Assembly: GCA_030704615.1 (NCBI GenBank)
Contig: CM060731.1
Location: 64,604,001 to 64,668,000, forward strand
Source of the DNA: Takakia lepidozioides
Lineage: Eukaryota > Plantae > Bryophyta
DNA: 64,000 nucleotides
Direction of reading: 5' to 3'
This document shows positions 1 to 12,554 of the stretch, piece after piece (position 1 is the stretch's first letter; every line of letters begins with the position of its first letter). Both the position numbers and the translations under genes were made by a program. The notes under the pieces are model-generated. The model was not told the origin of the DNA and searched no databases. It worked only from the letters and a program-made list of their open reading frames with translations.

Positions 1-178
1 GTAAATTCCAAAGCATTACATTGCTTGTGCCGATTGGCAGACATGTTTAAAAAATGAAAGCATACTTTGCAGCTGCGAGATCTCTACCGATCTTCGAAGG
101 CAGGTTACCTAGACTGCTGCTGTCTCTTCCTCGTCTATTTCCACTAGTGACTTTGGTACTGAGGTACAAGGAGAGCTG

Positions 179-1419
179 CTAACCGAGGAAATAACATGCA
201 CTAACCTTTAATGGAATGAGAGGAAGGAAACTTGTGGGAAATTCCCGTGCAAAGTAAAATGGCGGCGGTCGTTCTGGATCCGCAATGACGCCTTTGGGAG
301 CCGCTAAAGGACATCCTTCAATCCAAGTGATGTCGTGTATGGTGGGCGCCACGTCCAATTGCCCGTTGGTGATCAATTTAATGATTAGTGCTGCCTCATT
401 CTCACTTCGACTGCTGTAAAATCTGGGTGGACAAATGTAGGTGATAGTAGTGCTCAGGTGAGGTAGGCGTTCCTCTACCTCCAAATAATCTTCTAACCCA
501 CACCCAAACAGCCAACACATCCAGTCAAATGGAAGATCAATAAAACTCTTTTTGCTCAAATAGGAGGTGGCCTCCCCAGACCTTCGAATAGTGGGAAGAG
601 GACGATGGAAATCGATGCCTTCATCCGCGATGGTGCGACACAAAGGGCAACACCCTAAATACGCCACTTGCCAGGCGAGATGTGCCTCTAGCGAGGATTG
701 CACATTGAGATTCCCTAAGAAGGGAGGTTGGCAGTACCCGGGCCAACGTTATATTAAACCTGAAAAAAGAAGAGATGGGGGCAGTGAGAGCCTTGTCCCC
801 CAATGGCCGAAATCCAGTACCCTCGGTACTCTTCAGCGATGTCCAGTATGCGGCCGCGCATCAACCTGCAAACTACGATTGCATCTTCGGTTCGCACTTT
901 GCCGGATCGGGTGCCGGAAATAACACGGTAAAGACCCACCACGCGTGCCTCAAAGGACAAGTAAAAACGATGGGCTTCCATATGATCGGGAAAACTCTTT
1001 GAAGAAGCAGTTCCTCCAAGCAGTGGCCTTCCACTGTCTCAAGTAATCATCCATAGTGTCATTGGGCACGACCATCGTAATTTTGTAATCATGAAGCTGT
1101 TTCTCCAGCACCTTGTTTGCACGAGCTTCAATTTGCAGGGAGACATATGCCTGGGTTAGAGTCCATGCTTGGGAAGATATTTCCAAAATTTCAAGCAAAG
1201 AAAGTCCGAAAGAATACCTTGCTCCAGTAGGTGGCTTTTGTGCAGCCATGTATCGAAAACTTGGTCGCTGAAGGGTTTGATGTGCCCAGTGTTCTCATCT
1301 CTTTCATCCCTAGGGAAGCAGTATGTATCCTTTACAGTTGGGTCGGAATTCCAAATCTCCAACCATTTCACTTTCTGGTCTGCTTCCACCGCTGCAGCTG
1401 ACAACTGGTGAAGCTTCTT
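179..1419 (-). pseudogene. 3' part of an interrupted paralog of the ParB-domain cargo gene, belonging to an older related element
   Basis: KKLHQLSAAAVEADQKVKWLEIWNSDPTVKD...FDTWLHKS and LQIEARA...WKATAWRNCFFKEFS align with EKLHRLAISMVDPQTKIRWLEIWNSDQTVKD and LEKRA...WRGLTWRYCFFREFS at 5265-6013. The sequence below ~960 has no visible similarity to the paralog. Confidence 0.75.
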
Positions 1420-1540
1420 CAGGGATGCCTCGGCGTGAGCCTGGTCACGTGAGCGCGTGAGCGCGACTGCGCTCACGCCACGTCACCTTGCGCAAATGCC
1501 ACGTCACGGGTCTCAGTCCACGTCATCACACGTGGAGGCC
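1420..1540. repeat. Left TIR and subterminal GCGTGAGC/GCTCACGC and CCACGTCA motif cluster
   Basis: Repeated gcgtgagc, gctcacgc and ccacgtca motifs, mirrored at 12555-12754. Confidence 0.8.
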
Positions 1541-1629
1541 GAGTCACCACGCACCCAGAAAGAAGTGGAGTGTATTCCCGCGGATTGGCACCCTTTACCG
1601 CGGAAACAAGCTGGACGACATAATAAAAG

Positions 1630-1990
1630 GCATTGAATAAATGATGGATGAATGTACAGTTGGATGATAAACAGATGGATGAGTTTGAAAAATCTATGTA
1701 GATGGATGAATGACGGATGGATAAGAGTAAAATGGATGAATGTATAATGGATGTTGAGCAATGACAAAAATTCATGACAGGAAGATGCATGACCAAATCT
1801 TTTGACGAATGCACAAAGTATATGAAATGAGTGTGGAAGGTTTGTGGGGTGGATTAAAGAGTACAGAGGATGAATGTACAATGGATGTTGTACAAAGGAA
1901 GCTTTCATGAATGGAGCACGCATGAATACAGTGTAGATGAATGCACAATGGATATGAGAAGAGTCAGGAAGGTTTGTGAGATGGATTCAT
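1630..1990. repeat. Subterminal degenerate tandem repeat, (ATGGATGAATGTA)-like
   Basis: Many tggatgaat/atggatg units; the same block is present in copy 2 at ~34270-34630. Confidence 0.8.
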
Positions 1991-2115
1991 ACATATAGCA
2001 ATTTAAACGAAAGTTGATTCTGTGATTATTATTTGTTCTAAAGGAACAACTACGGTAGAGTAAGGGGATTCAACGTTTCCAGATAATATGAAAATGAATA
2101 TTAAAAGAATACAGT

Positions 2116-5100
2116 TCAGTCTGACTCAGAGTCAGTACAATGTATCCCCTCTTCCTCTGCATCTAAGTCTAAGTATTTTAGAACACCGGATCCACGCGGA
2201 ATACACCTACGGCTGGCCACTAAAAAGTCAGGGGATAGGGACTCGGACGCGTGAAGTGCCATTGCTTCGGCATAAACAGGGAGCAGAAAATTGGAAAGGG
2301 GGCTGTCGAAAACAGACTCGCCAGAAATGACTGTATCTCCTGAAGATCCACCGCTGGCTTTCCTGAAAGACAGCCTGAAAAAGTTATTACTGTAACTTTG
2401 ATGTTATCGAGAAATTGAGTATGACTCCCAAAGAGGGTTTAGCACTTACTCACATGAAAAGTCGTTGTCGACCTGCTTATCTTCGGGATCGTCATCATTT
2501 CGAATATGAATCCGATCAGTCTGTGTGCCTGAAGTGGAGCCAGACAAAAGGGGGAGGAGCACTGTGTTGTAGAGGTCAGAATCACCCTCCATACCAAAAA
2601 GGCTTCTTCCGCCTGCCTTGCATGCGTGGTAAGTTGCTCCTGCACCAGACAGGAGAACATAAACAGTTTGGAGGAGGGGATTTAAGCAGATGAAACTGTT
2701 GAAAGGAAACCAATTCGGAAGGGAGAAAACGAACCTGTGGACACAGAAAGATCGACAACCCGTGCAGAGCGGTGGCTGCATGACTCCAGCAGTATTTGCA
2801 TGAATGCTGGTGACTTTTCCTTTGCACCTCTCCAGGGAGTGCCATCTGGTCTCTTCAGAGTCTGACTGGACTGCATGAAGTTGTACAAAATGTCATCGAC
2901 ATGGGGCTCATAGGGGGGGTTGACGAAACAACCCTGGTCAGAAATCTCAAAGCTGCGGATGGAGGATGGTGTCTTTGATGTGCGAATCCTCCGCAGGCAG
3001 ATCGCCTCGAACATCCTCGTCTGCCAAAGATAGCAGGTTAGTGTGGTAAACACAATCTAAAGTGGAAGTGTGTACATCGGCTATTCAGAACTCTGACACC
3101 AAAAAACCATGAATCGTTGATGATCGGTGTCGATCATAAAACATTCTACTAGAGTGGAGCTGCAGAGAAAATTGAAACTCATGATCAAAGCATAAGCAGA
3201 AGGCAGACGGCATACCAGCTGACCAGGGAAACCGCCTTTCACAAGGTAGAGGCTGTTCACACAATTCCATGTGCGCAAAACTTCAAACCCTGAAGACTTG
3301 AGGTATGATGCCAATGCCCGACGACTATCATTGTCACATGACTGAAAAAGCAGAAGTGTCCCTGCATCAGAGAGGAAATTGTTACAGAACCCGAATACCC
3401 AACTCCAGTAGTTGTCCTTGAATTTGTTCCACCCTGGCGTCTTGCCCTTTGGAAGAACTTCTGGCACAGCCTGGCCATCCGGGATGTCGAGAATGACAAT
3501 GTCGGCCGCATAAGTTTTCTGCACACCGCACACGAAGGTGGGACCTGTGCTCACCTGCAACAGACATGTTTTTTATAAGAACGATGGCAAGAATGTTTTC
3601 AAAGAACGAGACTGAAATACTGCCAACGAAACATTCAGAGAAAAAGGAAAGAAAATGGAATTCTCACCAGATTGAGGAATGAGATTATATTGTCCCAGGT
3701 AGGGGATGGCACCCCAGTGTATCCTCTCTTTCGACTCTGCATCATCGAAAGCCAACCCTCATTAACAATTTTCATCTCTCCTGCTGAATCAGAACGGGAA
3801 GGGTGTGGCTTGGCATCGAACACGCACTGAAGAGTGCGGGTATATCTTCCAGCAGTAAAGTCCTGCCCACTCTCCATCTCCTTTTCATTCTCCTTCCCCT
3901 TGTCCTTTTCCTTCTCTTTGGACTTGTCTTTGTCCTTTGGCTTTGCTGGTGAGATGGCTATGACATCAACAGCCTTGTCTTTTGGTTTGCGGCCCGCCTT
4001 CTTTCCCTTCTGCGGCGTTCCCTGAGCATCAGGCTCCTTGGCAGCCAAGGTTGCTATGTTTCGTTGATACTCTTCGTCAGTCAAAGGCGCCAGCATCTCA
4101 GCGTTATTGTTCAAGTATTTCATATGCTGTTCTTGAAAGGTCGTGTGCTCAGGTGGGCAGTCAAGGTACCACCCACAGTCTCTGAAGTGAGAAGGACTCC
4201 AGTCCTTCAATATCCCTGCAGTATACATGGTTGGATCGTTTGCAGGGTCCGACCACATGTCAAGATAGTCGGGAATTCCGCTCAGGTGATTTCCTTCCAT
4301 AAGCACATATTTCGTGTACCTGAAAAAAGGAGATGAATCCCAACCCACAAAAGCGCTCAGTGAGTAAGATGCAAGTAGAACAGAAAGAATAAAACATGGA
4401 TTGAAATGGCTCTGACAACTGCTCCAAGGACCTTTCAGGACCACACTACTGCTCCAGATATGAATGTCGTCAACGCCATTCAGAACATTCCATTCCATGA
4501 CACTGTAAATACATCCTAATCCAGGTGAATGCAAATAAGCGATTAGAAATGACACAGACATAGAAGTGAATGTCGTCAACGACATTCAAGAATGAAGCCA
4601 AATTATTACTGAAATGAAGCAAAATCACAGGATGGAAATAAAAAAATTGAGTAAGGAACCATCCAGGAAAACTCAATGCACATTCATAACGAACCTATCA
4701 CTGAGGACCTCACAACATCACTGTATGTGAATGGCGTCAACGCCATTCACAAAAATACAAAAAAAAAACCAATTACTTAGCTCCCCAATCCATGAATATT
4801 GAATTTGTCGTTTTTTAATAATACAGACACAGCTGTGAATGTCGTTAACGACATTCACTTTGGATTTCTTAAAACAGAGCTTATGAAGCCTCCATATTCA
4901 TCGCAAGAGGAAAAAACAATGCAGAACAACTGAATGTCTGCATTGACATTCAGCAAAATGAAGTGATCAACCCTCATTGTATCCTCTATGGACATTACAA
5001 AAATTTAAATAACCTTGAGGACCGCACAACAACTCCGTATGTGAATGTCGTCAACGCCATTCAAGGACATTATCAATTCTAATCAGGGACAATATAATTG

Positions 5101-7750
5101 CACCCTTAGATCCTAACCAGGTGAATTCATATACTCGCTTAAGAATGACTCAGACAAAGAAGTGAATGTCGTCAACGACATTCAATCTGGATCTAAGATT
5201 GCAATCCATATGAAGCCACAATTTTTCCCAAAAAAACAGTAGAGTTTCAAGTATGACATTTCACCTGTACACAACTCGCATCATGGCCCACTCTCCTCCA
5301 ACCTGACTGTCAAAGTCGTTGGACCGTAAAATGTTACCATCTTTGGAGAACTCCCGGAAAAAACAGTATCTCCAGGTGAGACCTCTCCACTTCCTTATGT
5401 ATGCCTCCAATGACATTTGGGGAGGGGAAACAATCGCAATGTTCAGGTCCTTCAAAGTCTGATCCAGCACAATGACGGCGCGCTTTTCGAGCTGCAAATA
5501 GAATATTTGTCAGAATTGCAAAAAAGAAACACATCACATACTTGAAGATAAGAAACAGCATGTTCGAATACACACCTGACTCCAAAATGTAGCCTTGTGG
5601 AGCCAGTTATCAAACACCAAATCACTGATTCCTTCCACCTTTGTGCCAGGCTGTATGGTGCTCTTTGGGAACTGATTCAAGTCCTTTACTGTTTGATCTG
5701 AGTTCCATATCTCCAGCCACCTTATTTTTGTTTGTGGGTCGACCATCGATATGGCCAGCCGGTGCAATTTCTCCTGCTGCATCTCCGGATGCACATGCTT
5801 GTCATAGTGTGTTTTGATCTGCTGAAGGAACTCAGGACCAAGTCCAGGATCTACTATTCTAAGCTGCTTTCCGAAGGCTGACATCAATTTGGTTCTTCGC
5901 ATCTCAAACTCCTTCTTTATTGCAGCTTCCACACCCTTTGATGTCCTTAGTTCCTCTGGTGTAGTGCGGTAATATTCGGATTTTCCCTTCTCAGCTGCCT
6001 CTGCCAGTTCTTGCTGCATTCATTCAAGTAGTGATTAGCTCCGAAGGGACTCTAAACATGTATTCGAAAAGTAAACAGATTACAGACTCGGGCTTACCGC
6101 ATACATGTACTCCAGAAACGCCTCTCGTGTCAAAGAATACCAAGTGCCTGCAGCTCTTCCTGTTTCGCACTTCTTGATGATATTGGGTGGTAGTACTGTC
6201 CGAAAATCATCCAGCTTCATCAGACCAATCCTCTGAATTCGGAATAGTGTGTGAACCAAGCTTGTTGTCACATGCGATTTCTCTGTCGATCTGCAAAAAC
6301 ATTGAAAACATTGCATTCCTTAACACTGTTTTTTGAGGATCAACAAGACACTACAGAGGGAATCAAATCTCCTGGATGACTTACTTGTTCACGTCGTGCA
6401 TAGCTGTAAGAAGCCTAGCGATGTCGTTTCCTGGATCCAAAACCATTGCCTCCACAGCAACATGCTTGTCTTTGTCTTTCGAATGGTGTTTCTGAATGTA
6501 TCCCATCCATGCCAGCAATCGGTGGTTGCCGTCCCAGACGTAGAACATGTGGTTGCAAAATTGCTGGGTGTTCTTTCCCATCATGAGGCCCAGCTCGAAC
6601 TCCTCATTGGCATCTTTCCAGCACTCATCCCAGTTATCACTGATCTCTGGAGAAACTAATGTGCTTTTCCCATTTATATCCGTCAGTGACACATAAAAAA
6701 CTTGTGCACCAAGTCTATATCCATGCACAAAATCACTCTCCAATTTTGTTATGTCATGGGAAAGAGGTGGACGCACAACAGGCATTGATATCATCCGGCA
6801 CAGAGGTATGTCCAGACGCCCTCCAGATACGAGCATGTCCCTTATAACCTCCTGAGAGTTTACCTTCTGGAATGACATGAGTTCTTTCACCTTGTCAAGG
6901 TAGTGCACTTCGGATTCATCTGCTTCATCTGTATTCTCTGAGCTTTTTGCGGACTCGTCCCCATCTCCAGATCCTTTCCCCTCTGATCCTAGGCTTCGAC
7001 CTCACAGTTTTCTGCACGATGCCATTCAGTTCTGACTAAGTCATTTGCAAATAGTGAATGGCGGTAACGACAATCACTCTGTATCAAGGAAACTCACCAT
7101 GAATGGTGTGAAAGAATTCAGCACAATCTACACATGCAAAGCCGAGACTGCCGTATTCAAAACAAAAGTGAGAGCGATAGCGAACGGCGTTAACGACAAT
7201 CACAAAAGATAACAACCTGCCGGATCGGTGTTGTGAATGACATATATGTGCAACTGATTGGCGGCAACGACATTCAGTATAGTTTAGGGAGAATAGTAAG
7301 TGCAGACTCTCTCTTCAAACACATAGGTACATAAATCTCATGAGCAGAATCGAATGGCGTTAACGACGCTCGCGATTCAGTAGTTCCTGCTAAAGAATGG
7401 AAGAGGAAGGACTCCTTGAAAGGCAATCACATAGACTATATGATAAAACTTACTGGCACCTTCTTAGGTTTTGAACTTTGATCCCCTTCTGCAGCTTTCC
7501 TCTTCCCTCTCACATCTGCTGGAGTTTCTGTCTGCGCAAGGGTTTCTTGACCTTCTTCAGGTTCGGCGTTCCGCGTGCTTCCACCTTCTTCAGTGTCCCT
7601 GCGATTCATCTCTGCCTCCACAGGCTGGCGCACTCTTATCGCCGACTGTGTCGCAGCCGCTGCCTCAGTCTCCGTCTGCTCTTGTGAATCAGTCTCCGCG
7701 TTCACCTGCTGCCTTGGCCCTGTGTTCTCCAACAAACGACGCCTCGTCAT
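2116..7750 (-). CDS. Multi-exon ParB/Sulfiredoxin-like domain plus beta-class DNA N4-cytosine/N6-adenine methyltransferase-like protein (transposon cargo)
   Basis: Approximate exons 7750-7454, ~6990-6385, 6290-6098, 6013-5577, 5491-5265, 4320-3668, 3554-3216, ~3021-2734, ~2640-2450 and ~2374-2116 splice in frame via GT-AG. ParB-like motif: RLDIPLCRM...VRPPL...FYVWDGNHRLLAW. MTase motifs in beta order: ADIVILDIPDG (motif IV position), WVFGFCNNFLSDAGTLLLF, then WRGAKEKSPAFMQILLESCS..ARVVDLSVSTG|ATYHACKAGGRSLFGMEGDSDLY (X-I-II). Confidence 0.8.
4461..5184. repeat. Intronic array of seven 22-bp palindromes TGAATGTCGT(C/T)AACG(A/C)CATTCA
   Basis: Copies start at 4461, 4567, 4728, 4836, 4931 (degenerate centre), 5042 and 5163. 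Positions 4835-4858 form a perfect 24-bp palindrome GTGAATGTCGTTAACGACATTCAC. Confidence 0.92.
7055..7372. repeat. Second intronic array of the same palindrome (four more diverged copies) in intron 1
   Basis: tgaatggcggtaacgacaatca (7055), cgaacggcgttaacgacaatca (7181), tgattggcggcaacgacattca (7255), cgaatggcgttaacgacgctcg (7351). Confidence 0.82.
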
Positions 7751-8604
7751 TTTCTCTCTTGCTCTGCGTCTCTCTCTAAGGGAAGTAAAATAAAGAGACT
7801 TTCTTCTCTTTCGTATTCTAGAAGGAACCCTCTCCAGCTTGACTACCACTCTCCCTCTAAGCGCGAAAAGTAGAAAAACGCAGTGACTCCCGATTTCTTG
7901 CGGGATTGCCTGTGTTCTTGCGTGTCTCTAGAAGCATCGGATTCCCTCCCGCGTGACCGTTACACATAGTCGTTTCGATATTAGTGCACATGCCAGCAAT
8001 TGGTGTACAGCTGTTCGTATTCAGTTATGGATGTCTGACGTGTGCCGCCCAAAACAAAACGGCGTGTTCTAAATTATAACTGGTTCAATATTTAAAAAGA
8101 ACAGCGAATCCCAGAAATTGATGCGCAGTCTTAAACAAATAAATATAAATGAACGAGAGTTTGATGACAAATTTGGAATATCATACACGGTCATCCTTGT
8201 TATCCAAACCCCACATTCGTTGCACATTTGGAACTTTCCAGGTGCGCATGATCATTGGTAGTAGTATATAGATACATTTACTTAATCTGCAATCCCATTC
8301 TCGGATCCTGTGGCATGCTTCCAGGAAGTCGGCTTTGTTATTGGGTTTATTGATGAGGTTCTGATTAACGGTTTAACAGTTGCCGACACTGCCCCTATGG
8401 ATTCTCTGACCACTGGGCCCACAAGAAAAGTAATTAAAATGGACGGCTGCATATCTGGAATGAATAACAGAATATGCACAGTCGTTATCTGAGCTTCCTC
8501 CGCCATATGCTCTGCTCATTCTTCAACTGTGTTCTGGAGACAGCAGTAAACCGATTTACACTAGATCTGCGATAGCAAGGTACAAACATACTCGAGGAAG
8601 GAAG

Positions 8605-11600
8605 ATGGCTTCCTCTGAAGCGGAGTTCTTCTCAGACGACAAACCAGTGCCGTTCTCCCAGGAAGTCCTTGACAATGGATTTGCAATTGTTCTGGAACAT
8701 GTCTTGGCTACCCGTTTTCAGCTGCAGAATGGCTCCATCTTTTTGGAGAAAGAGGTTTACGATCTGAAAGGGAAGTTGGTGAAATATTCTTTCCAAAACC
8801 GTGATGAGACGGCTCATATCAGCCAGTGGAGAGTGCGTCCTGGTCGATACAGAGTACTTGGAGAGCCTCGGCGAAAGTCCCTTGGGTCATATGTGACGCC
8901 CGGGACTGCTGCTTCGGTCGTTGAAGACAAGAGGGAGGTGGTGGTGAAAAAAGAACAGACGTCCTCCACTCCAATCGTTGAGCTTTCGGATTCTTCCGAT
9001 GATGACATAAGTGAAATTCCAAATCCAGTCCTTCCTACTGTGGTTGCAGAAGCTGATGAAGAAGAGATTTGTAGTGTCATTCCAAAATTGCGGGCGATGG
9101 GAGGAATGGCTGGATTCAAAAGCGAGTTGCGGGGAATTGATTGGGAATCTTTGAAGCAGGTGCCTGTGAAGTTCTTGCCGGAGACTTTTGATGGCGATAT
9201 CCTATTCGAGCTGCCTCCTCCTCCGCGAGTTGGAGGTGTAACAATCATGATGCATGGAATGGACAAGAAACACGACGGGCACCCGTGGTGCAGAACAAAA
9301 ACATCCAATATTCAGAATGATGACAAGCTTGTTTTCAGGAGGACAGTTTGCAATGGACACCTTAGGTGTGATAATTTGAATTGCAGACACTTTCTTCAGT
9401 CTGGAGTTCATAATCAAAGCGAATGGGAGGGTCTGGCGGAGAATCCATTTCAGCCTGGGACTGCCCCTCCACCGGCAAACACTTTCGTCTGCAAATTCTG
9501 CAAACTTGTGCCATCCTGCTTGGCGCTCTGCGGAGCAAGAATGTACTATGTTGTCCACCGTTTGAATACAATGACGAGAGCTTGTGTGCATTTTGGATTC
9601 CATAACCATCCTGTCTCGAAGGGGGATTACAGGGAGAGTGTTGAGACAGTATCGAGGTTGATCAAACAGGAGTTCGGGAGAAACCCATCCGCAACAACAT
9701 CTGCAATTGCTCTTGGCGCAAGCAAGTCCTTCTTGGAAAGCCATATTTTGAGTGAAGGAGATTCTGTGGGGACTAAACTTGACGGTGCAGCATTGGACCT
9801 GGTCATGGATCATTTCTCCACTTTAAGTTCACCTAACATTCGGCATCAGATCAATGCATTGAGAATGGGCTCTGGGATCAGAGGCTACATAGACAATATT
9901 TTGGAATTGAAACGACTGAGCAAGTACGATTACATCCAGGACAATGTATTCCCAGGTCAAGGTGCCATCAAAGTTTTTCTTTTCAAAATGTCGACTGTTG
10001 GGGAGGGCAGTGGGGTTAGCCTCGTGAAGCGGATGCAGAAGACTGGGGACTTGCAGAACTGTTTTCTTATGTTTGATCATGTGAAACGAGTGAAGGATTG
10101 GACGACAATGGCTTGTCATGTCTACGATCCAGTGTACCAACGAGTTATGACAATTGCAGTTTGTGACATGCAATCCGAGGATACGGAATCCCAGAAGCTC
10201 ATGTGGAATTCCCTGATACGTGTCATGGGCTGCCATCTCCAAATTTCGCAGGTTTCATGGCGGATAGTGCTCAAGCAAATTTCAATGCTATTCGTATTGT
10301 CTTCGGATCGGGCGACCCAAAAGTGCCTATGCCAGGAAGAGAGCGTACATGTCTATTCCATTGGACACAATCTCTGGAAAAACATACAAAGTCGGACATC
10401 AAACCAGAGATGCAGACTCAGCACCGTAAATTGTGCAAAGAGTACAAAGATGCTAGAACAATGAAGGAGGCGGACACTTTGTTCCAGACAATTCGTGCCT
10501 GGTGGTTCTCTTCTGGAGCTGCATCACTTGAGAGTATGAGAGCATTGGAAGATTGGCTGGCGTTTTGGCACTTCCGGTATAGACAGTGGGGAGCAGCCAT
10601 GACAATGGTACGAGGCTTCTATTTCATGCTTTATTCATACATTTGCTTTCCATATTTTTGTTGCTTTCTTTATGTTGTTTCCTGTGCACTATTCTGAAGT
10701 GTGGTTATCCTCTTTGCAGAACATGTCCATTGAGGAAATGGCAGACATGCCATCTTGCAATTTGGCAGAAACTGTGCACAATGCATGGTTGCAGCAGTCT
10801 GGGAAAAGAGGTCGGGATTTGTATGTGGCAACAACAGATGATTTGATACGTGCCTTGCAACAACAAACCCGATACCGTGATTTCTTACGAGGTGGGGTTG
10901 GTGGCAAGGGTCCGGACAAATCGGAGTTGATGTTGCGTGCTGCAAACAGATCTGGGGATCCAATCAAGATAGCACGGGCGGTGAGCATGTATGCCCAGGG
11001 AACGCCACTTGTTTCTAGAGTTCCACATCTTGAAGGGGAGGAGAGATTCGGCTCCTGTAAGAGAAATTGAACACTCCACCTGGTTCGGATTCAGATTCCC
11101 ACAGGGCAGACCGTGATAACTTCTCGAAGCCTCGTGTTCCCCTGCATGACAGCTCCATGTCCGGAACCTCCATTGTGGAGGAACCTCCAACACGACGGCA
11201 AGCTCCAGCATCAAACCGTGCCACTGAAATGGTGCAGGAGAGAAACAACCCCCTTGATGTGCTTGAGTCCGCATGCCCCGACCACGTTTGGCACATAGAA
11301 CGCACAAGTGTCGGGTCTCGTGTGAAATGTACAGCGATCAGGGCAACTAATTTCGAGAAGTGCACTTCATCTATATCCAGAGGTGGTGCCCGAACTCCTG
11401 CTCCGACTTTCACGGGCTTGATGCGTCCATACGGTCAACCAGAAGCCAAGAACCACAAGTTCTGGTTCTGCGCAGATGATTGTGCCAGATGTGTGCATGG
11501 AACTGTGCGTCCTTCCGTAGTGATGAAGCCATCTCCTCCAACCGTTTGGCCCGTGAAGGTGGGAACACATCTCAGCTTTCAGGAGATTGAAATGCTGGAG

Positions 11601-12104
11601 GAGGCAGGTTTTTCCCTTGCGAGACAACCCCAACTCCATGCATGTGCTACTACTCCTGCGTCCTCCCGGGTCCCCCCGGCAAATCCTGACTTGTGGCCAA
11701 CCAAACGAGATGGAAAGCTCGTTCGGCGTTTCCCTCCAACCGCTGAACACTTTGGCAAAGTGGAGTCCGCAAGAATGCTCCAAGCTCGTGTTGGAAGCAC
11801 CACGGAAGTACCCGATCCAGGATATGGTCGGGTATTCACAATCATCACTTCCACATCTGCTGTTCATGACAGGACCTACGACATCACGGTTTCCAATTTC
11901 CCCAATTGCACATGTCCTGATTTTGTGAATATGCTATCAACCAGTTTGGGCAAGAGAGGTAAATTCATACCCTGCAAACATTTGTATTTCATATTTTTGA
12001 GGAGGATGGTTTGCGATCCCAAACGTGACAACTTCATTCACCAGGCCACTATGAGTTTCAACGAGGTCGATACTCTTTTGCAGCGGGATACAACACATGG
12101 GTAG
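8605..12104 (+). CDS. Mutator-type transposase with GCM-like Zn domain, DDE core and C-terminal SWIM; two frameshifts (~10230, ~11065) and one intron (~10608-10719)
   Basis: HDGHPWCRTKTSN...CNGHLRCDNLNC...CKFC...ACVHFGFHNHP (GCM-like). LMFDHVKR, FMADSAQANFNAIRIVFG, CLFHWTQS and CNLAETVH give the MULE D..D-CxxH..E pattern. CTCPDF...PCKH is a SWIM motif. Confidence 0.85.
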
Positions 12105-12554
12105 CATGAACTATGTAATGTGGTATGTGGATGACCATGATTTGAAATGTGTAATTCACATCAATTCGTCGGCTGTGCAATGATATGGCCTCCAACTATA
12201 CGGAGTGAGGTCTGAGTGACAACTTTTAGGTAGTGCACATTTGTCATTGCACCGTTCGAAGTCTACATGTCTTGCTGTCGCTATGCACTACAATCATCTT
12301 TTGAAGATGATCATAACTCTCATTGTTATTTGAGGAGGGAGGAAGTCTTCTCGTGGCAGCCTTTATGGCGCACACTTTGTGAGGATATTTTGTCGTCTTC
12401 GTAATTGTAAAAGTGAAACAAACATTTGTAATTGCACAATGTTGGATGCTGCAATTGTAGGCCTCAACGCTCGTCTTGATTCTATTTAGGCAAGATTCCC
12501 TGCATTAATTCCACGGTCATAGGACCATCCACGGTTATAGGCGGCGCATGTTAA

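Noticed and set aside
1473-1923. His/Ile/Ser-rich ORFs (also 34126-34401)
   Set aside because: They are translations of the ATGGATGAAT subterminal repeat.
3573-3755. Apparent frameshift into the 60-aa ORF within the cargo gene
   Set aside because: The long frame reaches the donor at 3668 in phase 0, matching the next exon, so no frameshift is needed.
4461-5184. Palindrome array as a CRISPR array
   Set aside because: The spacers are long and variable (about 70-140 bp) and similar to each other. The array lies in a spliceosomal intron and there are no cas genes.
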